Origin: Thermodesulfovibrionales bacterium
GTDB lineage: Bacteria; Nitrospirota; Thermodesulfovibrionia; Thermodesulfovibrionales; UBA6898
Direction: 5' to 3'
NCBI GenBank assembly: GCA_044450345.1
Contig: JBIOIY010000068.1
Coordinates: 1-13,953 of the forward strand
DNA: 13,953 bases
The notes under the pieces were generated by a model, which saw nothing but the letters and a program-made list of their open reading frames with translations, was not told where the DNA came from and searched no databases. This document shows positions 1 through 10,265 of this stretch, in pieces (positions within the stretch are counted from its first letter, which is position 1; every line of letters begins with the position of its first letter). The translations under genes and the position numbers were made by a program.

Positions 1-249
1 ATGGCATGCGCCGCAGGCCTTGCCTTCTTCCATCTCTTTCATCGTGTACTTGCCGCCCTTTTTCATCGGGAATATCTTGGTATGGCAGCTGTTGCACTTA
101 AGATCTTTCTCTGCGTGCTTTGTGCCGTCAAAAACGACTTTGCCCGCCGGGCTCTCAAATTCAACGGTTTTTCCTTTCGGTACCGCGAATGCGCTTCCTA
201 CAAATGCCAGAGCTACGATCACTGTCAAAATCAGTACTGTTTTCTTCAT
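1..249 (-). CDS. Periplasmic c7-type (PpcA/GSU1996-domain-like) multiheme cytochrome c, 3' end runs off the window
   Basis: Hand translation from ATG at 249: MKKTVLILTVIVALAFVGSAFA-VPKGKTVEFESPAGKVVFDGTKHAEKDLKCNSCHTKIFPMKKGGKYTMKEMEEGKACGACH... It has a Sec signal peptide ending AFA and two CxxCH motifs (CNSCH, CGACH) with c7-like spacing. SD-like AAGGGGGTGA lies just upstream. Not in the ORF track because there is no stop inside the window. Confidence 0.92.
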   Translation of the reverse strand, partial: MKKTVLILTVIVALAFVGSAFAVPKGKTVEFESPAGKVVFDGTKHAEKDLKCNSCHTKIFPMKKGGKYTMKEMEEGKACGACH

Positions 250-309
250 CTCTTCACCCCCTTTCATTTAGAAACTTTTAAGCCCCAAAAAGGACTCCAT
301 TTGTGATAG

Positions 310-1944
<1,635 letters not shown>

Positions 1945-1961
1945 ATCGGTCTGAGGCCATC

Positions 1962-3500
<1,539 letters not shown>

Positions 3501-3525
3501 ACAAGACGGACCGGGCGGAAGATCT

Positions 3526-4413
3526 ATGGACTTAAAAAAATATCTGAAAGAGAAGAAGGAAACCGTCGATTCTTTTTTCCGGGATTATTTTAAAGAGCAG
3601 AGAAGGCCGGAGGTGCTTCAGGAGTCTATGCTCTATTCGCTCTTTGCAGGCGGCAAGAGGGTAAGACCTATCCTTGCAATGGCGGCATACGAGGCATGCG
3701 GCGGCGCCGCCGCCGACATCGTGCCATATGCTTCCGCCCTCGAACTTATCCATACCTACTCCCTTATTCACGACGACCTGCCCGCCATGGACAACGACGA
3801 CCTCAGGAGGGGAAAACCGACGAACCACAAGGTATACGGCGAGGCCGTGGCGATCCTTGCGGGAGATGCCCTGCTCACCGAGGCATTCCGGATACTTTCC
3901 GACCCTTCTCACGGCAGCAAGGTCAAAGACAGGGACCTTTTGAAGGCGTCTGCGGAGATCTCCGCGGCGTCGGGATATCAGGGCATGGTCGCCGGGCAGG
4001 TACAGGATATCCTTTCAGAAAATGCCGAAGCGGACGCTGAGACCCTGCAGTTCATCCACCGGCACAAGACCGCGGCCCTTATCCGAGCTTCCGTAAAGGT
4101 CGGCGGGATCCTCTCCGGAAGCAGCGCGGAGGTCGTGGGCGCATTGACCTCATACGGTGAAAATATAGGGCATGCATTTCAGGTGATTGATGATATACTT
4201 GATGTAGAGGGAAATACGAAAGAGTTGGGCAAGACAGTCGGTTCCGACGAGAAGATCAACAAGATGACCTATCCGCGGCTTTACGGACTCGAAAGGTCCC
4301 GCGGCATCGCGAAAGAACTCGTCGGCGCTGCGGTGGCGTCCCTTGAGCCGTTTTCCTCCGGGGCCGATCCCCTGCGGGAGATCGCGCGCTATCTTCTGGA
4401 AAGGAGAAACTAG
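3526..4413 (+). CDS. ispA: Farnesyl diphosphate synthase / geranyltranstransferase
   Basis: GGKRVRP, YSLIHDDLPAMD (FARM, with Tyr five residues upstream as in short-chain synthases), RRGKPTNH, FQVIDDILD (SARM). Directly upstream of dxs. Confidence 0.93.
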   Translation: MDLKKYLKEKKETVDSFFRDYFKEQRRPEVLQESMLYSLFAGGKRVRPILAMAAYEACGGAAADIVPYASALELIHTYSLIHDDLPAMDNDDLRRGKPTNHKVYGEAVAILAGDALLTEAFRILSDPSHGSKVKDRDLLKASAEISAASGYQGMVAGQVQDILSENAEADAETLQFIHRHKTAALIRASVKVGGILSGSSAEVVGALTSYGENIGHAFQVIDDILDVEGNTKELGKTVGSDEKINKMTYPRLYGLERSRGIAKELVGAAVASLEPFSSGADPLREIARYLLERRN

Positions 4414-6290
4414 TGCTCCTAGAAACGATCAATTCGCCGGCGGACGTCAAGAGACTAAAGGGAGAAGAGCTCCTCAAATTGGCAGAGGAACTGAGGGAGA
4501 CGATAATCCAGACCGTCTCCGTAAACGGCGGGCATCTCGCCTCGAACCTCGGTGTAGTGGAACTTACACTCGCCCTCCATTACGTATTCGATTCCCCGAA
4601 GGACAAGATAATCTGGGACGTGGGTCACCAATCCTACAGCCACAAACTGATCACCGGGAGGCGGGAGAAGTTCCCCACTATCAGAAAGGAAAACGGGATC
4701 TCGGGGTTCCCCAAGAGAGAAGAGAGCGTCCATGACGCCTTCAATACGGGACACAGTTCCACATCGATATCGGCCGCGCTCGGCATACTCGAAGGCCGCG
4801 ACAAGAACAAAGAGGACTTCAAGGTCATCGCGGTGATAGGCGACGGGGCCCTGACCGGGGGACTGGCGCTTGAGGGACTTAATCACGCGGGGCACCTGAA
4901 GAAGGACCTCATCGTGATACTCAACGACAATGAGATGTCGATATCGCAGAACGTCGGCGCCCTGTCGGCGTACATGAACAGGATCCTCTCCGGCGAGTTC
5001 TACAGGAGGTTCAGGAAGGAGACGAAATCTTTCCTGGAGGGCATACCCAAGCTCGGCCTGCCCATGGCGAAGATGGCGCAGAAGTTCGAGGAACTGATCA
5101 AGGGGCTTATCCTCCCCGGCATATTGTTCGAGGAGCTCGGTTTCGAATATTTCGGCCCCATAGACGGCCATGACATAGAACGTCTCATAGATACCCTCAG
5201 GACGGTGAAGAAGTCCGGCTCCCCGACACTCGTACACATAATTACAAAGAAAGGCAAGGGCTATGAGTTTTCGGAAAAAGACCCCTGCATATTCCACGGT
5301 GTCGGCCCCTTCGAGCTCGAGACCGGCTCGCAGTTAGGCGGGAAAGGAGCGCCGACATACAGCACCGCCTTTGGACAGATACTTACGGAGATCGCGGCGA
5401 CCGACAAGAGGGTGATCGCCATATCCGCTGCGATGAAGGAAGGCACGGGGCTCGAATGTTTTGCAGAAAAATATCCGGAGAGGTTCTACGACGTAGGCAT
5501 AGCCGAGCCGCACGCCACGACCTTTGCCGCCGGGCTCGCAACGAGGGGGCTAAGGCCGGTGGTTGCGATATACTCGACGTTCCTTCAGCGCGCTTACGAC
5601 GAGATCGTCCACGACGTCTGCCTGCAGAACCTGCCTGTTGTCTTTGCGATCGACCGGGCAGGGATAGTAGGCGAAGACGGCCCCACCCATAACGGACTTT
5701 ACGACCTTTCCTATCTAAGGCATATCCCCGGCCTTGTGCTCATGTCCCCCAAAGATGGAAACGAGATGAGGAAAATGTTCGAATTTGCGATCAGGCATCA
5801 AGGGCCTTCTGCGATCAGGTATCCGAGGGGGAAAGTCCCCGCGGCGCATATGCCCTGTTCCGAGATCACGCTGGGCCGTGGGGAATTGCTGAAAGAAGGG
5901 CCTGATCTGGCTTTTCTGGCCATCGGCAGCTGCGTACTGCCCGCGCTGAGGGCCGCGGAAAGGCTGGAGAAGGCCGGCGTACATGCGTCGGTGATAAACG
6001 CGCGTTTTGTAAAACCTCTCGACGAAGAAATGGTCCGCTCGGTGGCGGCCCACGTGCCGAGGATCATCACGATCGAAGAGAATGTGCTGCAGGGCGGTTT
6101 CGGGTCTGCAGTGATCGAATATCTCTCGGACGCTGAAATCAACAACGTGAAGGTCAAGCGGCTCGGCATCGGCGACAAGTTCATCGAGCAGGGCACGCCC
6201 GACAGCATGAGGGCGAAATACGGGCTCGATGAGGAGGGGATCTTTCTTGCGGCGCTTTCGTTCATGAGGGAGCATACGTTCACCGTCTAA
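4413..6290 (+). CDS. dxs: 1-deoxy-D-xylulose-5-phosphate synthase
   Basis: GGHLASNLG, DVGHQSY, GHSSTSIS, TPP-binding GDGA...NDN, IAEPH, YSTFLQRAYD, DRAG, DGPTH. GTG start overlaps the ispA stop (TAGTG), with AAGGAG at 4401-4406. Confidence 0.98.
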   Translation: MLLETINSPADVKRLKGEELLKLAEELRETIIQTVSVNGGHLASNLGVVELTLALHYVFDSPKDKIIWDVGHQSYSHKLITGRREKFPTIRKENGISGFPKREESVHDAFNTGHSSTSISAALGILEGRDKNKEDFKVIAVIGDGALTGGLALEGLNHAGHLKKDLIVILNDNEMSISQNVGALSAYMNRILSGEFYRRFRKETKSFLEGIPKLGLPMAKMAQKFEELIKGLILPGILFEELGFEYFGPIDGHDIERLIDTLRTVKKSGSPTLVHIITKKGKGYEFSEKDPCIFHGVGPFELETGSQLGGKGAPTYSTAFGQILTEIAATDKRVIAISAAMKEGTGLECFAEKYPERFYDVGIAEPHATTFAAGLATRGLRPVVAIYSTFLQRAYDEIVHDVCLQNLPVVFAIDRAGIVGEDGPTHNGLYDLSYLRHIPGLVLMSPKDGNEMRKMFEFAIRHQGPSAIRYPRGKVPAAHMPCSEITLGRGELLKEGPDLAFLAIGSCVLPALRAAERLEKAGVHASVINARFVKPLDEEMVRSVAAHVPRIITIEENVLQGGFGSAVIEYLSDAEINNVKVKRLGIGDKFIEQGTPDSMRAKYGLDEEGIFLAALSFMREHTFTV

Positions 6291-6300
6291 TCTCTGGCTC

Positions 6301-6354
6301 GCGATCAGCGATCAGCTTTCAGCAGTTAGCCGAGAATAGTAGGCAGTAAGAAGT
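6301..6354. repeat. Degenerate heptanucleotide tandem arrays
   Basis: GCGATCA GCGATCA GCTTTCA GCAGTTA (6301-6328), then GAATAGT AGGCAGT AAGAAGT (6334-6354). Confidence 0.75.
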
Positions 6355-6361
6355 AGCGGGA

Positions 6362-6610
6362 TTCCCCTTCGAAAATTTAGGTGAGAGTGGTCGCCCGCAG
6401 GGTTAAAGATTTTAGGCTGTCTGAGTCCCGAAAGCCTTCGGGGCGAGTTCCTAAAATCTACCGAGGACGAACAATCGAACCGTTAAGAATTTTCGTTGGG
6501 GCGCATTCTTTCGGTTACCTTGCTTGGGCGGAAAGAAAGGTAACTGGGGTACGGGGCGACGCCCCGATGCTGAGATGTTTCTGTCGCAAACCTAAATTTT
6601 CGACGGGGAA
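6362..6610. mobile_element. MITE-like non-coding element with 21-bp terminal inverted repeats and internal hairpins
   Basis: TTCCCCTTCGAAAATTTAGGT (6362-6382) vs ACCTAAATTTTCGACGGGGAA (6590-6610), 20/21 complementary. Internal IRs: 6407-6416/6450-6459, 6425-6432/6437-6444, 6514-6521/6537-6544, 6552-6557/6561-6566. No transposase and no clear target-site duplication. Confidence 0.6.
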
Positions 6611-6629
6611 AAGAATCAACGTATAGTCT

Positions 6630-6672
6630 GTCATTCCCGCGGAGGCGGGGCTACGACTCGTAGAGAATCCAG
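6630..6672. repeat. dRS3/REP-like palindrome (GTCATTCCCGCGGAGGCGGGAATCCAG type) interrupted by a 16-nt hairpin
   Basis: GTCATTCCCGCGGAGGCGG + GGCTACGACTCGTAGA (6649-6664) + GAATCCAG. Removing the insert restores ATTCCC-N8-GGGAAT. Confidence 0.6.
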
Positions 6673-6691
6673 TTTTCATTTTTTGTATTTG

Positions 6692-6730
6692 ACTTATTGC
6701 TTTCTTCTCACTTCTTATTATTTACTTTTC
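6692..6730. repeat. Pyrimidine-rich degenerate heptamers complementary to the 6334-6354 array
   Basis: ACTTATT, ACTTCTT, ATTATTT, ACTTTTC units. 6710-6726 pairs with 6338-6354 at 13/17 Watson-Crick, or 16/17 allowing G-U. Confidence 0.5.
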
Positions 6731-6792
6731 CCCACCGCTTTCATTAATATTTATCAGCGGATCGGGAAATTATCCCATAAGGAGTGTTCACC

Positions 6793-8004
6793 ATGAATAC
6801 AGATGACCGATTTCAATACAATCTTGTTCCTGCCCGGGAGATTTCCCAACGTGTTTCAAGGCTTCAGTGCCGGTTACAAGAAGGGCCGGTGGATGGTGCA
6901 CTGATTCTCGATCCGTTGAACATGTATTACTACACGGGGACGATGCAACAGGGGGTTTTCTTTGTCCCAACTGAGGGAGAACCGGTCTTCCTGGTCCGGC
7001 GAAGTTATGACCGGGCACAGCGGGAAACACCTTTGAAAAGGGTTTTCCCCTTAAAAGGGTTTAGCCAACTTCAGGCAACCCTTGCAGATTTTGGCCTGCA
7101 AACCAACATCCTGGGGGTGGCTGAAACAACCCTGTCCGTTTCCGTTTTTAAAACGTTGGCCAAGGCGTTTCCAGGAGGGACGTTCACGGATATCAGCGCC
7201 CTGTTGGGCATGATTCGTGCGGTGAAGTCCGACTACGAAGTGGGGCTCATCCGAAAAGCCGGGGCACGGCACGAGATGGTCTATAACGCCATCCCTTCCA
7301 TGATTCGCGAAGGGATGACGGAATGGGAGCTCGGGGCTGAGATTCACAAGGGGATGATGGCGTTGGGATACACCGGGATTACACGGCTTGCAGTGTTTGG
7401 CGGGGAGTTGTTTATGGGGATCGTCAGTTTTGGCGAATCAGGAAACTATCCCACCGCTTCGGTAGGGCCGGGAGGTCTGGTGGGACTTTCTCCAGCCTTC
7501 CCCCTGGTTGGGGGAAAGAAGAAACTTGGAAGGGGCGAACCCATATTCGTGGATACCGGGTTTGGGTATGAGGGATATTTCACCGATAAAACGAGAGTCT
7601 TCTCCCTTGGCGCTCCGCCCGCTTCGGCGTTGGATGCTCACAAGGTATGCCTGGACATACAGGAGGCCGTCCGGTGTCGCATCAAGCCTGGCGCCATCCC
7701 GTCTCAGATATACGAGGAGGTCTACAACGAATTCGTCTATCCCCGTGGTTTTGAAAAGCACTTCATGGGTTTCGGCAGCAACCAGGTGCCTTTCCTTGGC
7801 CACGGTATCGGATTAGCTATTGACGAATTCCCGGCCATTGCAGGCAATGTACATACCCCCCTTGAGGCCAACATGGTCATTGCCCTGGAGCCTAAGAAGG
7901 GATTGGAAGGCATCGGGTTGGTGGGTGTGGAAAACACCTTTCTTGTCACCGATGAAGGAGGAGAGAAACTGACTGCCGGATCGGACGGGATGACGATTGT
8001 GTGA
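6793..8004 (+). CDS. M24 family Xaa-Pro aminopeptidase/dipeptidase (creatinase-N plus peptidase M24 domains)
   Basis: MYYYTG N-domain motif and IRAVKSDYEV linker. All five metal ligands are present: FVDTG, FTDKTR, GHGIG, ALEPK, GVENT. ATG 6793 lies 8 nt after AAGGAG. Confidence 0.92.
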   Translation: MNTDDRFQYNLVPAREISQRVSRLQCRLQEGPVDGALILDPLNMYYYTGTMQQGVFFVPTEGEPVFLVRRSYDRAQRETPLKRVFPLKGFSQLQATLADFGLQTNILGVAETTLSVSVFKTLAKAFPGGTFTDISALLGMIRAVKSDYEVGLIRKAGARHEMVYNAIPSMIREGMTEWELGAEIHKGMMALGYTGITRLAVFGGELFMGIVSFGESGNYPTASVGPGGLVGLSPAFPLVGGKKKLGRGEPIFVDTGFGYEGYFTDKTRVFSLGAPPASALDAHKVCLDIQEAVRCRIKPGAIPSQIYEEVYNEFVYPRGFEKHFMGFGSNQVPFLGHGIGLAIDEFPAIAGNVHTPLEANMVIALEPKKGLEGIGLVGVENTFLVTDEGGEKLTAGSDGMTIV

Positions 8005-8049
8005 CCTGTTTTATTGAAGACCTGCCCCGGAAGTAGATCAGGGTGTTTC

Positions 8050-8134
8050 CCGAATTAACATGCAAATTCGGTGGAATTCGAACGGCTTCAGAGGGCTACG
8101 CAGTTTTGCTGCAACTATTCCGATCTCCACCGAA
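8050..8134. other. Overlapping inverted repeats between the peptidase gene and vapBC
   Basis: CCGAATT (8050-8056)/AATTCGG (8065-8071); TTCGGTGGA (8067-8075)/TCCACCGAA (8126-8134); inner GCAG/CTGC (8100-8112). Confidence 0.4.
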
Positions 8135-8162
8135 GCGGGTAATGTCATGCCGGATCATCGCC

Positions 8163-8200
8163 TTGAAAAATGCATATGAATAATACATACTAATACATAT
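8163..8200 (+). promoter_or_regulatory. vapBC promoter with likely autoregulatory operator repeats
   Basis: TTGAAA (8163-8168), 17 nt, CATACT (8186-8191). ATGCAT/ATACAT repeats at 8170, 8183 and 8193 (TAATACATA twice at 10-bp spacing). SD AAGGAGG at 8216-8222. Confidence 0.55.
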
Positions 8201-8228
8201 AAAATATATTGACGGAAGGAGGGCCTTC

Positions 8229-8426
8229 ATGAGGACCACGCTTAACATCGAAGACAAGTTGCTCGACAAGGCATCGAAGCTGACCGGCGTCAAGGAAAAG
8301 ACTTCGTTAGTCAGACTCGGGCTCGAAGCGCTTATTACAAGGGAAAGCAGTAAGAGACTCGCCAGACTCGGAGGGACACAGGGGAAATTAGAGCCGATTC
8401 CCCGCAGGAGAGAGGTCGCTAAGTAA
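8229..8426 (+). CDS. vapB: Type II TA antitoxin, VapB (DUF2191/ribbon-helix-helix-like)
   Basis: 65 aa, MRTTLNIEDKLL...EKTSLVRLGLEALI...RLARLGG pattern, strong SD, 1 nt upstream of a PIN-domain gene. Confidence 0.88.
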   Translation: MRTTLNIEDKLLDKASKLTGVKEKTSLVRLGLEALITRESSKRLARLGGTQGKLEPIPRRREVAK

Positions 8427-8427
8427 A

Positions 8428-8787
8428 ATGGTCCTGGTCGACACTTCGGTATGGGTTGCCCATTTTCGATCCGGCGAAGTCGGACTGGAAGCGCTTTTGG
8501 AAGAAGCTTATGTTGTCAGTCATCCGTTCATCGTCGGGGAGCTTGCGTGCGGCAATCTTAAGAACAGGACCGAAATACTTTCGCTTCTTCAGGCACTGCC
8601 TACAGCGGTCCTTGTAGACCATGAAGAAGTAATGCTTTTTATCGAAAATCACGGGCTGATGGGCAAAGGATTAGGGTACATCGATATGCATTTGATTGCC
8701 TCTGCCGTATTGACCAAGGTCCCGATCTGGACACTCGACAAAAAGCTAAACGGGGTCTGTTCAAATCTGGGGATAGTTTCGCGGTAA
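8428..8787 (+). CDS. vapC: Type II TA toxin, VapC PIN-domain ribonuclease
   Basis: 119 aa. VLVDTSVW, HPFIVGELACG, GYIDMHL, IWTLDKKL supply the four acidic PIN active-site residues. Confidence 0.92.
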   Translation: MVLVDTSVWVAHFRSGEVGLEALLEEAYVVSHPFIVGELACGNLKNRTEILSLLQALPTAVLVDHEEVMLFIENHGLMGKGLGYIDMHLIASAVLTKVPIWTLDKKLNGVCSNLGIVSR

Positions 8788-8838
8788 GAAGATGACAGGC
8801 AAGTCTGAAGGACATTTGAAAAGCCCGGGACAATTTTC

Positions 8839-9576
8839 ATGAAAATCAAAGAGAGACTCGATAAACTGCTTGTCGACAGGAACCTTGTGAAGAGCCGTGA
8901 GAGGGCGAAGGCCCTTATCATGGAGGGCCATGTCGTCGTCGACGGGACCGTCGTTACGAAGGCCGGAAATCCCGTGGATGCGGAAAGCGAAATAATCCTG
9001 AAGGAAAAGGAGTGCCCTTATGTAGGCCGCGGCGGGTTGAAGCTTGAAGCGGCCCTGGAGCATTTCAAGATAAATCCCGAAGGTATGGTCGCGATGGATG
9101 TCGGGTGTTCGACGGGCGGTTTTACAGACTGCCTCCTAAAAAAAAACGCGCGGAAGGTGTATGCTATAGACGTTGGATACGGCCAGTTGGATTGGTCCCT
9201 CAGAAATGATCCAAGGGTGGTATTGCTCGAAAAGACGAATATCAGATACATTGAAAAGACCGCGGTTCCCGAGCCTGTGGACATTGCGGTGGTCGATGTG
9301 TCTTTTATATCGCTCCTGAAGGTGCTGCCCAGGGTACGGGAGTTTCTCGGCAGCGGGGGAAAGGTGCTCGCACTCATAAAGCCCCAGTTTGAGGCCGGGA
9401 AGGGCATGGTCGGCAAGGGCGGCATAGTAAAAGACGAGTCCACGAGGCTTTCTGCGGTGGAGAGCGTCCGAGAAGGGGTCTCGGGCCTCGGCTTTCAAGC
9501 GCTCGGGGTTTTCGAATCGCCTGTCCGCGGACAGAAGGGCAACATAGAATATTTCATTTACCTGGGGAGAACTTAG
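8839..9576 (+). CDS. tlyA: TlyA family rRNA (cytidine-2'-O)-methyltransferase
   Basis: N-terminal S4 domain (ERLDKLLV...SRERAKALI), YVGRGGLKL, DVGCSTGGFTDCLL, DVSFISL, LIKPQFE, GNIEY. Confidence 0.96.
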   Translation: MKIKERLDKLLVDRNLVKSRERAKALIMEGHVVVDGTVVTKAGNPVDAESEIILKEKECPYVGRGGLKLEAALEHFKINPEGMVAMDVGCSTGGFTDCLLKKNARKVYAIDVGYGQLDWSLRNDPRVVLLEKTNIRYIEKTAVPEPVDIAVVDVSFISLLKVLPRVREFLGSGGKVLALIKPQFEAGKGMVGKGGIVKDESTRLSAVESVREGVSGLGFQALGVFESPVRGQKGNIEYFIYLGRT

Positions 9577-10263
9577 ATGGAAGACACACCGAAGCTGATA
9601 CCGCTCGATTATTCCAATGCGTCGCAGGAAATCCTCGAAATCCTTTTGGGTGATAGTTCCGAACCGGAGATTTTTGATGAGATTGCAAAGGCCAATCTCC
9701 ACCGCCCTGAGATCCTTAGGCTTATTCTGGAGAACCCGGATACGCCGGACGAAGTAAGGAAATTCGTCGAGGAGCGTCTCAGCCTTCCGGCGCAGGCCAG
9801 TCTTGCGATGGTGAAGGCCGAGAAGATCAAGGAGGCAAAAGAAGCGAGGGCAACGAGCCTTACGACCAAGATCCAGAGTCTGAGCATATCGGCGAGGATA
9901 CAGCTTGCACTGAAGGGCGGCAGGGAGATCAGAGGCATCCTTGCCAGGGATTCAAATAAAGAGGTTATGCTCAGCGTACTCGAAAACGGCAAGATCACCG
10001 AATCGGAGATCGAGATGATCGCCAGGAACAGGCAGGTGATGGAAGAGGCGCTGCGGAGGATTTCGAGGAACAAGGAATGGATGAAAAAATATGCGATCGT
10101 TTTTGCTATCGTTACGAACCCCAAGACCCCTCCGGGGATCTCCGTGACACACGTTATGGATCTTAAGACAAAAGACCTCGTTGTTCTCGAAAAGAACAAG
10201 AATGTGTGCGAGGCAGTCCGCAGCGCCACGAAGAGACTTCTCGCGGTCCGGAAACCCAAATAA
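9577..10263 (+). CDS. Conserved hypothetical alpha-helical repeat protein (LRV/ARM-like)
   Basis: 228 aa, ATG immediately after the tlyA stop. Repeated NPxTP motifs (ENPDTP, TNPKTP) and a KIQSLS...IQLALKG...RDSNK segment that resembles uncharacterised deltaproteobacterial-type proteins (recognised from memory, not searched). Confidence 0.8.
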   Translation: MEDTPKLIPLDYSNASQEILEILLGDSSEPEIFDEIAKANLHRPEILRLILENPDTPDEVRKFVEERLSLPAQASLAMVKAEKIKEAKEARATSLTTKIQSLSISARIQLALKGGREIRGILARDSNKEVMLSVLENGKITESEIEMIARNRQVMEEALRRISRNKEWMKKYAIVFAIVTNPKTPPGISVTHVMDLKTKDLVVLEKNKNVCEAVRSATKRLLAVRKPK

Positions 10264-10265
10264 GT

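Noticed and set aside
1..306. Plus-strand ORFs 1..306 and 20..271
   Set aside because: Antisense shadows of the minus-strand cytochrome gene, which has a signal peptide, CxxCH motifs and an SD.
6417..6449. Hammerhead ribozyme core (CTGTCTGA-stem-GAGTT)
   Set aside because: It does not match the required CUGANGA and GAAA core, and stem III with a UH cleavage site is absent.
6381..6626. 81-aa ORF in the intergenic element
   Set aside because: It lies almost entirely within palindromic repeat DNA, with no SD and no protein-like motifs.
6301..6730. CRISPR array
   Set aside because: There are no regularly spaced 23-47 bp direct repeats with unique spacers, and no cas genes.
8050..8145. Integron attC site
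   Set aside because: No proper RYYYAAC/GTTRRRY core pair bounds the stem.
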